DNA of 64,000 nt from Parcubacteria group bacterium (lineage in GTDB: Bacteria; Patescibacteriota; Minisyncoccia; Moranbacterales; UBA2206): NCBI GenBank assembly GCA_041659505.1, contig JBAZYF010000004.1:14922-78921 (forward strand), read 5' to 3'. Positions 47,461 to 57,861 of this stretch are shown piece by piece (position 1 is the stretch's first letter; each line of letters begins with the position of its first letter). The notes beneath the pieces are model-generated. The model saw nothing but the letters and a program-made list of their open reading frames with translations, was not told where the DNA came from and ran no database searches. Made by a program: the position numbers and the translations under genes.

Positions 47461-48780
47461 TTATGGCGTAATTCTTTTCACATCGCGTGGAAAAAGGATC
47501 GCTTCTTTGATACTGCCAAGATTTAGGATCTTTTGTACGATCCGCTCTGAACCAAGACCCCAGCCGCCATGCGCCGGCATGCCTAATTTGAAAATATCCA
47601 AATAAGACTCAAATTCATCCGGCACCAGGCCGTGTTTCAAGATGCTTTTTTTCAATTCTTCATAGATATGGATCCGTTGTCCGCCACTGGCAATTTCCAC
47701 TCCGCGAAAAATCAGGTCGAAAGTTTCTGTGTATTGTCCGTCCGCACTCGGCATCGAGTAGAACGGTCGAACATTGACAGGATAATGCGTGAGAAAAACA
47801 AAATCACTATTGTGCGTCTTTTTCGCCCATTCACAGATCAAGCGCTCGCCTTCCGGATCAATATCCACGTCTTCCGTCTTTTTGCCATATTCCTTTTCCA
47901 AAATCTCTAGCGCTTCAGTCAGGCGCAAACGCGGAAATTTCTCCAAAAACAAAAGTTCTCCCGCAGCATATTCCGCCAACTCATTCTGGCAATTCTTAGA
48001 GACATCTGAAAGCATCCGCCGCATCACCTTTTCCAAAGCATCCATCACATCAGAGAAACTATCGATGAAACCCATTTCAGCATCAAGCCCGGTATATTCG
48101 TTGACGTGGCGCGTAGTAAAATGCGGTTCGGCGCGAAAGACAGTGCCAATTTCAAATACCCGTTCAAATGCGCCCACTCCGGCTTGCTTGTAGAACTGCG
48201 GACTTTGAGCTAAAAACGCATCCCGATCGAAATATTTTATTTTGAAAAAATTCGCACCTCCCTCGGTGGCGGCAGCTACAATTTTAGGTGTTTTAATTTC
48301 CAAAAAGGAGTTTTCCCGCATCACCTCAGAGTATGATTTCAGAAGTTCCGCATTGACCTTGAAAATATCATTGACTTTCTTGTTGCGCAAGACCAGATTA
48401 CGGTTGTCCAAAAGCGTATTCAGATTGACATCCAACTCATTTTTTGCTACATCAAAAGGCAACTCCGCTTCTACTTTTGAAATAATCGTTATTTTCGCCG
48501 CCTCTACTTCAATTTTCCCAATTTTATCCTCTTTCCCCTGCCCACCAGGACGTTCTTTCACTAAGCCTTCGATTTCTACCACAAATTCAATACGGACATC
48601 TTTCGCATTTTGGTAGGCGCTTTCCTTGTCAGGAATGACCACGACCTGGACCACCCCACTCCGGTCGCGCAAATCGATAAAAATTAATTTCCCATGGTCA
48701 CGCCGGGAGTTGACCCAGCCTGCCAGCTTAACATATTGGCCAATCATTCTCGGCGCATCGACAATAAGCGTTCGTTCCAT
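47461..48780 (-). CDS. aspS: Aspartate--tRNA ligase, non-discriminating archaeal-type
   Basis: RRDHGKLIFIDLRDRSG, LAQSPQFYKQ, FRAE and HGGWGLGSER...FPRD; 439 aa, no GAD domain. Confidence 0.9.
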   Translation of the reverse strand: MERTLIVDAPRMIGQYVKLAGWVNSRRDHGKLIFIDLRDRSGVVQVVVIPDKESAYQNAKDVRIEFVVEIEGLVKERPGGQGKEDKIGKIEVEAAKITIISKVEAELPFDVAKNELDVNLNTLLDNRNLVLRNKKVNDIFKVNAELLKSYSEVMRENSFLEIKTPKIVAAATEGGANFFKIKYFDRDAFLAQSPQFYKQAGVGAFERVFEIGTVFRAEPHFTTRHVNEYTGLDAEMGFIDSFSDVMDALEKVMRRMLSDVSKNCQNELAEYAAGELLFLEKFPRLRLTEALEILEKEYGKKTEDVDIDPEGERLICEWAKKTHNSDFVFLTHYPVNVRPFYSMPSADGQYTETFDLIFRGVEIASGGQRIHIYEELKKSILKHGLVPDEFESYLDIFKLGMPAHGGWGLGSERIVQKILNLGSIKEAILFPRDVKRITP

Positions 48781-48784
48781 AAAT

Positions 48785-49159
48785 TTACTCGGTAATATTA
48801 GTTAATCTCTTAATTTCTTCTACCATTTCGCTCGGAGTGTATTGCGACTTTGTGATAAACCCATTAGCTCCAAGTGCCATCACCTTGTTCCTCTCTTCTT
48901 TTTGACTCAAATTGCTAGAGACAATAATTTTGATGTTTTTGTCATAGTTTCCATCCCGCAAACTTTTAATTACACCAAAACCATCAATTCTGGGAAGCAT
49001 CAAGTCCAAAAGTATTATATCCACTTTTTGTTTTTTAACTATTTCCAGAACTTGATCGCCAGAAAAAACAGTTAAAACTTCATAACCTATTTCCTTAAAT
49101 TTACGCTCATAAATCTCAGAGATCATTGAGTCATCCTCTGCAATAAGAATTTTCGTCAT
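48785..49159 (-). CDS. Single-domain response regulator receiver
   Basis: ILIAEDD, LLDLMLP..DG and GANGFITK. Confidence 0.9.
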   Translation of the reverse strand: MTKILIAEDDSMISEIYERKFKEIGYEVLTVFSGDQVLEIVKKQKVDIILLDLMLPRIDGFGVIKSLRDGNYDKNIKIIVSSNLSQKEERNKVMALGANGFITKSQYTPSEMVEEIKRLTNITE

Positions 49160-49320
49160 ATTTTATTTTAAGCTATTATTAAATGGGCGCTTCTGTGCCA
49201 TAATTAGTCACTTTTGAATTATAGCGCAGTAGTAGAAAAAATCAACTCTTTTGCTAAAATTTACCTTTTTAGCTATTATTCATAAGTTAGTGCTAAATTA
49301 ACTAATAACTTTAAAAAAAT

Positions 49321-50646
49321 ATGGCAAACGAAAAGTCCGCCTCCGCCAAAGCTTCGGCGAATAAAAAAAAGCTCGAGTCTGTGGCAATTATCGGTCTGGG
49401 TTATGTCGGGTTACCGCTCGCGATGCGTTGTGTGGAAAAGGGCTATGCGACTTATGGACTTGATCTCGATAAACGGAAAGTGGATTTAATCAAAAAAGGT
49501 CAAAGCCCGTTCAAGGAAGAATTCATTGAAGACAGAAAAACTCTACTCAAAAAAATCACTGCTACGACTGATCCGGCCATTCTCAAAAAGGCCGACATTA
49601 TTGTGGTCTGCGTACCAACACCCGTCGATGAAAAATTTTTTCCCATCCTCACTCCCCTCACTTCCGCGACAGAGATGATTGTCAAAAACCACAAAACCGG
49701 CCAACTGATCATGATCGAATCAACCATCAACCCAGGTATCTGCGATGATGTGATTGCGCCAATTCTCATTGAAGCGGGACTCAAAGAAGGCAAAGATTTC
49801 TACCTCGGCCATTGTCCGGAGCGGATCAATCCAGGTGATAAGAAATGGAACGTCACCAATATCCCACGAGTGCTGGGCGCATCTTCCCCGGCCGGACTCG
49901 CTATCGCTAAAAATTTCTATGAATCAATCATCGACGCACCGATCAAACTGATGGGTTCGATCAAAGAAGCCGAAGCATGCAAAGTGGTGGAAAATTCTTT
50001 CCGCGACATCAACATTGCCTTTGTCAACGAACTAGCGAAAAGTTTTGACAAATTGGAAATCGACGTCAAAAACGTGATTGATGGCGCCGCCACCAAACCC
50101 TTCGCTTTTATGGCGCACTACCCCGGCCGTGGCGTGGGCGGTCACTGCATCCCGGTCGATCCTTACTATCTGATTGAAAAAGCCAAAGCGTCTGGCTTTG
50201 ACCACAAATTCTTGCGCGTCGCCAGAGAAATCAATAATTCTATGCCAGCCTATACTGTTGAATCGATGCAAGATCTTTTAAATGAAATCAAACTCCCGAT
50301 GAAAGACACGGCCATCGGCGTGATGGGACTGTCCTACAAAGCCAACGTAGATGATTTGCGCGAATCCCCGGCCATCAAAATCATTTTGGAACTCAAAAAG
50401 AAAAAAGCCAAAATCATCCGTTATGACCCCTTCATCAAATCAATGTCTGATGTCGCCGATCTCAAAACCTTCCTCAAAAAATGCACCGCGATAATTTTAG
50501 TCACCAACCACCAAGAATTTGCAGAACTTGATCCAAAAGAATTCAAGAAGAATAATGTCAAAGCAATTGTCGATGGAATGAACTGCCTAGACAAAAACAA
50601 AATCAAAAAACTCGGCATCAAATATCGTGGGATTGGGAGGAAATAA
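49321..50646 (+). CDS. UDP-N-acetylhexosamine / nucleotide-sugar dehydrogenase
   Basis: IGLGYVGLP, CVPTP, PERINPG, GVGGHCIPVDP and YKANVDDLRESP. Confidence 0.9.
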   Translation: MANEKSASAKASANKKKLESVAIIGLGYVGLPLAMRCVEKGYATYGLDLDKRKVDLIKKGQSPFKEEFIEDRKTLLKKITATTDPAILKKADIIVVCVPTPVDEKFFPILTPLTSATEMIVKNHKTGQLIMIESTINPGICDDVIAPILIEAGLKEGKDFYLGHCPERINPGDKKWNVTNIPRVLGASSPAGLAIAKNFYESIIDAPIKLMGSIKEAEACKVVENSFRDINIAFVNELAKSFDKLEIDVKNVIDGAATKPFAFMAHYPGRGVGGHCIPVDPYYLIEKAKASGFDHKFLRVAREINNSMPAYTVESMQDLLNEIKLPMKDTAIGVMGLSYKANVDDLRESPAIKIILELKKKKAKIIRYDPFIKSMSDVADLKTFLKKCTAIILVTNHQEFAELDPKEFKKNNVKAIVDGMNCLDKNKIKKLGIKYRGIGRK

Positions 50647-50701
50647 TGTTATTCGCTTCGCGAACCCGTACTACGAAAACGGGACATGCGAAGAAATTCA
50701 C

Positions 50702-50735
50702 AAAAAAAAGCGCTCCAGAAATCGGAGCGCTTTTT
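50702..50735. terminator. Bidirectional terminator between convergent genes
   Basis: aaaaaaagcgctcc-agaaatc-ggagcgcttttt. Confidence 0.7.
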
Positions 50736-50761
50736 GAAAACCCTATTAGAATGAGCCCGGA

Positions 50762-51994
50762 TTATTTCACCATTCCCAAAAGCTCATCAATTTTCACAAT
50801 TTTACTGTCTGTTTCATTACGTTTTTTGAGTTCTACTCCGCCGGCAGTGAGGGATTTTTCGCTGATAATGACGCGATAGGGCAAGCCTAAAAGATCCGCG
50901 TCGGCGAATTTTTCTCCAGCCGAAACCTCGCGGTCATCAAAGAGCACTTCAATTTTTTCGGTGTTCAGTTTTTGATAGAGCTCTTCTGCCGCTGATGCGT
51001 CCTTGCCCAAACTGATCAAATGCACTTTAAACGGTGCCACCGCTTCTGGCCAGATAATCCCTTTTTCGTCATGAAAAATCTCCACGATTGTGCCCATAAG
51101 CCGCGCCAGGCCAATTCCATAGCAACCCATAACAATCAGTTGCTCTTCGCCATTTTGATCCTTATAGGTCAGATTGAAGGGCTTGGAATATTTTGTACCC
51201 AGTTTGAAGATGTTGCCTACTTCGACCGCTTTCGTTTCACGTAAATCGGCATTGCCACAGAGCGGGCATTTGTGTTCCAAGTCTTCAATAATTTCTTTGT
51301 TGATAGCGATGTGGCAAGCATCGCAAACATAGATCGTGTCTTCACCCGCTTCAGTTTCGGCTTGAAATTCGTGGGAATATTTGGCAAATGTTCCACCAGA
51401 GGCATAAGTGAAATATGTTCTCGCTCCGATGCCAGCACGCTCAAAAATATTTTTGTAGGCTTGTGCAACGCGGTCATAATATTTATCCAAATCCGCTTGA
51501 TCGACATGGAAAGAATAAAGATCTTTCATGATAAATTCGCGCAAACGCAAGATGCCTGATTTGGCTCTTTTTTCTCCGCGGAATTTGTTTTGAAAATGAT
51601 AGACGGCTTTGGGCATATCTTTGTAGGACTCGATGATTTTTTTGGCGAGCGGCGCTACAACTTCCTCATGGGTCGGCGCGAGCGCCATATTTTTTTCTTC
51701 GCCCAGTCCGACTTTCACCAAAACATCAAGGTCATCCCAACGCCCGGTCTTTTCCCAGTTCTCCTTTGGATGCATTGAAGGCATAAAAAGTTCTTGGCCG
51801 GAAACAGCGTTCATTTCTTCTCGGATAATCTCTTCTATTTTTTTGCAAGTGCGCCAACCGAGCGGCAGATAGGTATAGGTGCCCGCCATTAGCTTGTCGA
51901 CATAGCCTCCGCGGATCAGCAGTTGAGCATTGATGCTTTCCTCATCTTTGGGCGCGACTTTGTTGGTTTTGGAAAATAGTTGTGATTGTTTCAT
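50762..51994 (-). CDS. proS: Proline--tRNA ligase (short form without editing domain)
   Basis: LAPTHEE, REFIMKDLYSF, EVGNIFKLG and MGCYGIG motifs; 410 aa. Confidence 0.95.
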   Translation of the reverse strand: MKQSQLFSKTNKVAPKDEESINAQLLIRGGYVDKLMAGTYTYLPLGWRTCKKIEEIIREEMNAVSGQELFMPSMHPKENWEKTGRWDDLDVLVKVGLGEEKNMALAPTHEEVVAPLAKKIIESYKDMPKAVYHFQNKFRGEKRAKSGILRLREFIMKDLYSFHVDQADLDKYYDRVAQAYKNIFERAGIGARTYFTYASGGTFAKYSHEFQAETEAGEDTIYVCDACHIAINKEIIEDLEHKCPLCGNADLRETKAVEVGNIFKLGTKYSKPFNLTYKDQNGEEQLIVMGCYGIGLARLMGTIVEIFHDEKGIIWPEAVAPFKVHLISLGKDASAAEELYQKLNTEKIEVLFDDREVSAGEKFADADLLGLPYRVIISEKSLTAGGVELKKRNETDSKIVKIDELLGMVK

Positions 51995-52117
51995 GATAGT
52001 AATTATTATGATTATTTAGTTTAAGAATAGGTTTTATTTGCCTATTTGTCAAAGATTAGTTATGAGAGCGGAGCGTTGACCGCTCTCATAATTTTTCTGT
52101 TTTTACTCGGAAAAATT

Positions 52118-52453
52118 TCATCCTCCAGGGAACATCCACTGTCTTTGTTTTTCAGCAATTCCAGTTTTTACATGACTTTCACTTTCCCAGGTCTTTTTGC
52201 TGAAAATTACCGAGAAAAAACTGGCCTTAATTTCTGTCTTTTTCTTTTTACTGAGCTTAATGAAATAAAACACATCGGCCCTGTCTTGACCAGCTACTTG
52301 GGCAAAAGCAATGATTTCTTCATTTTCATTAGTCGCAACAAGACAGCGCGAGGACAAAATTCTATCAACAGTTATTTCGATTCCATTTTTTCCCAAAAGA
52401 CTGGTTGCCTCCCCTGCCTGCACTCGGTTGAGTTTTTCAATTTCATAGTCCAT
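52118..52453 (-). CDS. Hypothetical protein
   Basis: 111-aa ORF preceded by a promoter and structured leader and followed by a hairpin (52060..52091). Confidence 0.5.
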   Translation of the reverse strand: MDYEIEKLNRVQAGEATSLLGKNGIEITVDRILSSRCLVATNENEEIIAFAQVAGQDRADVFYFIKLSKKKKTEIKASFFSVIFSKKTWESESHVKTGIAEKQRQWMFPGG

Positions 52454-52515
52454 AGCTTTTTCCTTTCATTTTCGTTGAAATAATAAAGTAAAAACAATGA
52501 CCTCATCCAAAGAAC

Positions 52516-52656
52516 AAAAAAACAGCTCGCGGAAGGCAAGCTGTTTTTGAGTGTTTGCAATAGTTTCGTCTAATCCCCGATTCCAAACACACAAAAAGAG
52601 CCTGCCCTTGCCGGAACCGGAAAACCTTGGGAAATTGTGCGTTTGGCCTTTTGCAT
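52516..52656 (-). promoter_or_regulatory. Candidate leader-peptide attenuator
   Basis: 28-codon uORF 52570..52656, terminator hairpin 52516..52548, and an alternative pairing tttttgtgtgtttg / caaacactcaaaaa. Confidence 0.45.
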
Positions 52657-52711
52657 GTGTTTAAAATATTTACGCTTTCACTCTAGCAAGAAATGGTTAT
52701 TTTTGTCAAAC

Positions 52712-53086
52712 CTATTTTTTGAACCGTGCGTCTCCGTCAATCACAATTTTTTTCTTAAGCGATCTCGCTCCACGTCTCTTGAGATCAACCATTTTACTTT
52801 TATCTTTGACAATTTGCAATGTCAACTCCTCGCAAGCGATGTCGGCTGAACCTTCAATACTCTCCGAAATTTCTTCCGCCCGATAGAGCGCGTAGGGAGT
52901 TTTCACCATCAGCTCGACACGATACTTGCCTTTTTTGTCCAGAGATATTTCCACCTCAAACTCCAAAACATTCTTGATAATTCTGTTCACTTTTTGTAAT
53001 CTTTTTTCAATATACTCCTGGGCTTTTTTGTTCGAGTCCAGGCCCTTAAACATAAATCTCATACTTTGCGGTTTTTTCACTACCAT
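52712..53086 (-). CDS. hpf: Ribosome hibernation promoting factor (HPF/RaiA)
   Basis: YIEKRLQK...VELMVKTP..LYRAEE...EGSAD; size matches the sigma54-modulation/S30EA family. Confidence 0.8.
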   Translation of the reverse strand: MVVKKPQSMRFMFKGLDSNKKAQEYIEKRLQKVNRIIKNVLEFEVEISLDKKGKYRVELMVKTPYALYRAEEISESIEGSADIACEELTLQIVKDKSKMVDLKRRGARSLKKKIVIDGDARFKK

Positions 53087-53155
53087 ATGTTTTGATCAGT
53101 ATTGAAGAGAAACTGACATATTCTCTAAAAAACCGATTAATTAACTTTCTTAGGA

Positions 53156-54142
53156 CTAAAAACCAACATACATTATCTCTTCTTTGATTTGCGTATCATA
53201 ACCTTCTCGTAATTTTTGCTTGATGATTCCAGCCAGAATGATCACGTCTTCCGCTGTAGCTGTTCCGTCATTGATGAAAAAATTGGCATGTTTTTCACTC
53301 ACCATCACTCCACCGATTTTCTTCCCCTTAAATCCAGCCTCTTCGATCAACCAGCCAGCCGGAATTTTTCCATTTGGCGCTTTTGCTCCAGTTTCTTTTT
53401 CAAATTCTTGCAAAACTTCTGGATTATCTACGACTGGATTTTGGAAAAAACTGCCCGAGCTGAAACCTTTTGGCTGATGCTCGATGCGTTTTTTTGCGAT
53501 TTCCTTCATCCTCTCTGTGATTGTTTTTTTGTCCCCTTTTTCTAATTTTAACTTGACTGATAGGACCACCAGGTTTGGATTTTTCTTAAAAAGGCTAGTG
53601 CGATAGGCATAATCACAATCCGCTCTTTTGTATTCCTCAACCTTACTACGATTATCGGAGATTTTTAGCGCACGCACACTTTCCAAATTATCCGCCATTT
53701 CCCCGCCAAAGGCTCCGGCATTGCCCCGCACCGCTCCGCCAACCGTCCCAGGAATTCCCATCGCCCACTCCATTCCAGTCAAACTATTTTCCCTAGCAAA
53801 ATTAACAACACTCGACAAACTTTCCCCCGCCCAGCATTCAATTGATTCTCCTACAACTTTAATTCCCGTTTGTTTCTTGCTTGCCTGCCAAATCTTTAGC
53901 GCAGGCAGGTCTCTTGTTTCTTGTACCTTGATGATTAGTCCATCAAAGCCCTGGTCGCTAAAAAGAATATTGCTCCCACCGCCTAACATAAAAATTTCCA
54001 ATTTATTTTCTCGAGCAAAATCCAACGCCTCCAAAAGCTCCGTTTCATTTTTCACCTCCGCAAAAAACTTCGCCGGTCCGCCGATTTTGAAAGTAGTGAG
54101 TGGTGCTAAGGGGATGTTTTTTTGGATGATTATCTTGGACAT
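53156..54142 (-). CDS. murB: UDP-N-acetylenolpyruvoylglucosamine reductase
   Basis: TTFKIGGPA, GGGSN, GIPGTVGGAVRGNAGAFG, SGSFFQNP and KHANF. Confidence 0.95.
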   Translation of the reverse strand: MSKIIIQKNIPLAPLTTFKIGGPAKFFAEVKNETELLEALDFARENKLEIFMLGGGSNILFSDQGFDGLIIKVQETRDLPALKIWQASKKQTGIKVVGESIECWAGESLSSVVNFARENSLTGMEWAMGIPGTVGGAVRGNAGAFGGEMADNLESVRALKISDNRSKVEEYKRADCDYAYRTSLFKKNPNLVVLSVKLKLEKGDKKTITERMKEIAKKRIEHQPKGFSSGSFFQNPVVDNPEVLQEFEKETGAKAPNGKIPAGWLIEEAGFKGKKIGGVMVSEKHANFFINDGTATAEDVIILAGIIKQKLREGYDTQIKEEIMYVGF

Positions 54143-54157
54143 AATTGAAAAATATGT

Positions 54158-54323
54158 GTCATTCCCACGGAGGCGGGAATCCAGGTTCCACTAATTATAA
54201 ACCATAGAAAATTGAGCTACGAGCCTGAAAACTCTCTACCTCAAAAAGTCTTGAATTTTAATAATTCGTTTTCTCTTTATTTTTAGCTTGAGGTGCCTGG
54301 ATCCCCGCCTTCGCGGGGATGAC
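54158..54323. repeat. REP-doublet (REPIN-like) element, copy 2
   Basis: gtcattcccacggaggcgggaatcca ... tggatccccgccttcgcggggatgac; shares spacer with 27342..27508. Confidence 0.85.
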
Positions 54324-54367
54324 ATCAAACTAGAATACTATAATTCTAGCATAAAACTAGCTTTCAT

Positions 54368-57148
54368 TCAAGCTGATTTTCCACCGTTTTGAGCATCCTC
54401 TTTCCGCACTTCTTCCCAAAAAAAGACCGCCAAAAATGAACCTAGAACAACCAGCCAGTCTATCCAATCAATCGGAAGCATCCGCAGATATGCTTGGCAA
54501 AATGGCAAATACATAAACACCAACAATATCACAACCGAAATCAAAACCGCTCCAATCGCGTACCTATTTTTGAAAAATCCCAGCCGAAAAGGTGAAAGCG
54601 TTTCACTGCGCGCCTGCAAAAGATTGGCCATCTGCGTCATTGAAAGGACGGCATAAGCGGCTGTAGTTGATTTGAGATAAAGTATACTATCAACGGAAAA
54701 GCTCTGACCAAAATGCCAGCCACCGCGAAGCATCGACCAAAGAAATGCCACCACCGCACCCGTTGCCATAATCAGCCCAAGGTAAATTATCCGGCGAAAT
54801 CCGCCAAAACTCATCACACTATTTCTAGAGTTCAAGTTTGTCTTTGAAGCACCAGGCTCTTCCGGCTCAAGACCGAGCGCAAAAGAAGGAAAAATATCTG
54901 TCCCTAAATCAATTGCTAAAATCTGCACGGCTGAAATTGGCGAGGGAATTTGCAAGAGCACGCCAAAAATTACCGTGAAAAGTTCACTGGCGTTCGATGT
55001 GAAAACATAGTGCACAAATTTTTTGAGATTTTGAAAAACGGTCCGTCCCGTCCGCACCCCTTTCACGATCGATGCAAAATTGTCGTCCATTAGGATCATG
55101 CTGGCCGCTTCTTTGGAAACATCCGTTCCGATAATGCCCATCGCCACGCCGATATCGGCTTTTTTCAGTGCCGGTGCATCATTCACGCCGTCCCCTGTCA
55201 TCGCAATCACTTCGCCATTTTTTTTGAGCACGGTCGCAATCCGCAATTTTTGTTCCGGCGCGATCCGCGCAAAAACACAGGCGCCATTTTTGATTCTTTG
55301 ATATAATATTTTATCAGAAAGCTCGTCAAGCTGCTTGCCATTAATGACCAGGCTAGCTCCCTTGGGATCGGAGCCAGGCTCCGGTTTTATCAGACCGACA
55401 TTTTCCGCAATTGCGCGTGCGGTTATTTCATAATCACCAGTAATCATAACAACATCAATCCCCAAATCTCGACACTCCGCAATCGCCTTGCCAACATTGG
55501 CACGTGGCGGATCAATCATTGCCATCATCCCGACCCAGACTAGGCCTTTTTCCGCTTCGACAAGATATTTATCTTGCGAAAATCCATCCAGCTCGCGATA
55601 GGCAAAAGCTAGGACGCGCAGAGCATCCTTGGACATCTGGTCGTATAACGCCTTAGCTTTATTTTTTTCCTCAGCGTTAAAGGGCAAGATCCGCTCACCA
55701 ACCTTGGTGAAATTACAAAGGTCGATCATTACGTCTGGCGAACCCTTGACGAAAGAAATCGTTTTAGCGTTGCGGTAAATCACACTCATCCGCATCCGCT
55801 CTGAGGAAAAAGGATTTTCTGTAATTTTTTTCTCTCCACGCTCATAGAATTTTTTAGCCTTGTTATATTTTTGCCCCGCCACAATGATCGCCCCCTCCGT
55901 CGGATCACCGATTATTTTATAATTTTTCTTGTCCGTCGTCAGACTGGCGTCATTGCACAACGAACCGACACGAAAAAGCAGCTCCAAATTCGCCACCTCT
56001 TTCGGATTTATTTTTGCTTCGTTACGATAAAAATTTCCCACCGGTTCATAGCCAGTACCATCGACCTCCAAAACTTCACCATTAATCACAATTTTTGTCA
56101 CAGACAATTCGTTGCGGGTAATCGTACCGGTCTTATCTGTACAAATGAGCGAAACGGAACCTAGTGTCTCCACGGCATTCAATTTTTTCGCCAGGACATT
56201 CTCATTGATAAGCCGCTTCATCCCAAAAGACAAGGCGACAGAGATAGCAGCAGGAAGACCTTCCGGCACGACCGAAACGGACAGCGCTAAAGCAAACAGA
56301 AAATTTTGATAGAGCGACATCTTGAAATATTGACCCGCAATGAGCACAACAATGCCGATAAAAACCGAGAGGACCGTCACATCCCGGCCGAGCGTGCGCA
56401 TTTGTTTCTGGAGTGGCGTCGCGTCAGATGCCACCTCTTGCGTCAAATGAGCAATCCGACCTAATTCCGTATCCATCCCCGTCCCCGTCACCACAAAACG
56501 CGCTTCACCGGTCGCCACTGTTTCTCCCATAAACACCATATTATCAATATCTGTAAAAGCGATGCCGGTTTCTTTGATGATTTTTGCTTCCTTCCTTTTT
56601 GGTTTTGATTCGCCGGTGAAGATAAAACTATTAACCTTAAGATCATAGCTTTCTAAAAGATATCCGTCTGCTGCGATACTGTCTCCGGCAGCGATGAAAA
56701 TGACATCACCGGGCACGACCAATTTCGTGTCGAGTTGTTTTTTCTCTCCATCTCGAAACACCAGCGCATAACTGGCTGTTAATTTTTTGATGCTCTCCAG
56801 GACGCGATCGGCCTTGAATTCCTGAAAAAATCCGACCGTCGCGTTAAGCAAAACAATGATGCCGATAATCGTTGCGTCGCGATATTCTGAGAACGCCAAA
56901 GCCAACCCAGATGCAACCAGAAGGATCCAAACCAGCGCATCATCAAACTGGGCGAAAATTAATTTCAACCATTTCCAGTTCTGCTTTTTAATCAACTTAT
57001 TTTCACCAAATTCTTGGAGCTTCTGTTTCGCTTCATCTACACTCAAGCCTTCTAGACTTGAACCAAACTTTTTCAAGATTTCTTCCGGCGAAAGATTATA
57101 AATTTGTTTTTTGTTTTTTCCGCCCAAGGCGGATGCGTGTTTTGGCAT
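54368..57148 (-). CDS. Cation-transporting P-type ATPase (P2, Ca2+-type)
   Basis: TGES, PEGL, DKTGT, KGSP, TGD and GDGVND motifs. Confidence 0.9.
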   Translation of the reverse strand: MPKHASALGGKNKKQIYNLSPEEILKKFGSSLEGLSVDEAKQKLQEFGENKLIKKQNWKWLKLIFAQFDDALVWILLVASGLALAFSEYRDATIIGIIVLLNATVGFFQEFKADRVLESIKKLTASYALVFRDGEKKQLDTKLVVPGDVIFIAAGDSIAADGYLLESYDLKVNSFIFTGESKPKRKEAKIIKETGIAFTDIDNMVFMGETVATGEARFVVTGTGMDTELGRIAHLTQEVASDATPLQKQMRTLGRDVTVLSVFIGIVVLIAGQYFKMSLYQNFLFALALSVSVVPEGLPAAISVALSFGMKRLINENVLAKKLNAVETLGSVSLICTDKTGTITRNELSVTKIVINGEVLEVDGTGYEPVGNFYRNEAKINPKEVANLELLFRVGSLCNDASLTTDKKNYKIIGDPTEGAIIVAGQKYNKAKKFYERGEKKITENPFSSERMRMSVIYRNAKTISFVKGSPDVMIDLCNFTKVGERILPFNAEEKNKAKALYDQMSKDALRVLAFAYRELDGFSQDKYLVEAEKGLVWVGMMAMIDPPRANVGKAIAECRDLGIDVVMITGDYEITARAIAENVGLIKPEPGSDPKGASLVINGKQLDELSDKILYQRIKNGACVFARIAPEQKLRIATVLKKNGEVIAMTGDGVNDAPALKKADIGVAMGIIGTDVSKEAASMILMDDNFASIVKGVRTGRTVFQNLKKFVHYVFTSNASELFTVIFGVLLQIPSPISAVQILAIDLGTDIFPSFALGLEPEEPGASKTNLNSRNSVMSFGGFRRIIYLGLIMATGAVVAFLWSMLRGGWHFGQSFSVDSILYLKSTTAAYAVLSMTQMANLLQARSETLSPFRLGFFKNRYAIGAVLISVVILLVFMYLPFCQAYLRMLPIDWIDWLVVLGSFLAVFFWEEVRKEDAQNGGKSA

Positions 57149-57160
57149 TTTATTTTAAAA

Positions 57161-57847
57161 CTATTCCAAAATATATTTTTCTAATTCTTTTTTCTCCCTG
57201 AAATAATCGATGTTATTTTGCATAAACTTTTCATATTCCAATGGATCATTATCAAACTGACCGAGGATTGTTTCTTTCACGCAGAGTTTCCCATCCCTCT
57301 TTCCAGTATAGTCTAAATAACTAGAACATGGCCAGTCTTTTTCAGGATAGTTATGAATCGCATGATTAGCGTTTACATAAACCGAGAGATGCAAAAGATA
57401 TTCATTAGAATCGATATGGATGGATTTGAATGGTCCTTGAAAAAGAGAACCGGAACGGGCGTGTTTTTTATTGAAATATGCTGTATACCCAGAGCTAATT
57501 TTCAACATGAATTTACTTATTCCGTTTTTTTGTAGCTGCCTCAAAACAAAATGGTAATGGTTTGGATTAAGACAGTAATAAATTATTTCTACTAATTTTT
57601 TGATTTCGGGATTGTTAACGGCATTAGGGGCTAAGTCCCCTATAGGGGACTTAGCCCCTTGAATTGCCACTAACTTTTCTCGATAATTTTTTTCATACAA
57701 ACTTCCAATCGCTTCAATACGATTAAATTCATTCATACCCACAATAAACCGAGTATAATCTCCATCACTCAAGAACACCTCCCGCTTATCCACTCCGCGA
57801 TTGTAGATATGATAATATTCGCCATTGGCAAATTCTGTTTTTCGCAT
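57161..57847 (-). mobile_element. REP-associated tyrosine transposase (RAYT / Y1 HUH family)
   Basis: YYHIYNRGVDKR, YCLNPNHYH (HUH), GSLFQGPFKS, YVNAN and WPCSSY motifs. Confidence 0.85.
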
Positions 57848-57861
57848 GTTGCTTCAATATG

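Noticed and set aside
52500-52660. raiA-motif RNA or c-di-GMP riboswitch near hpf
   Set aside because: It lies downstream of hpf and I could not match the conserved cores of either RNA.
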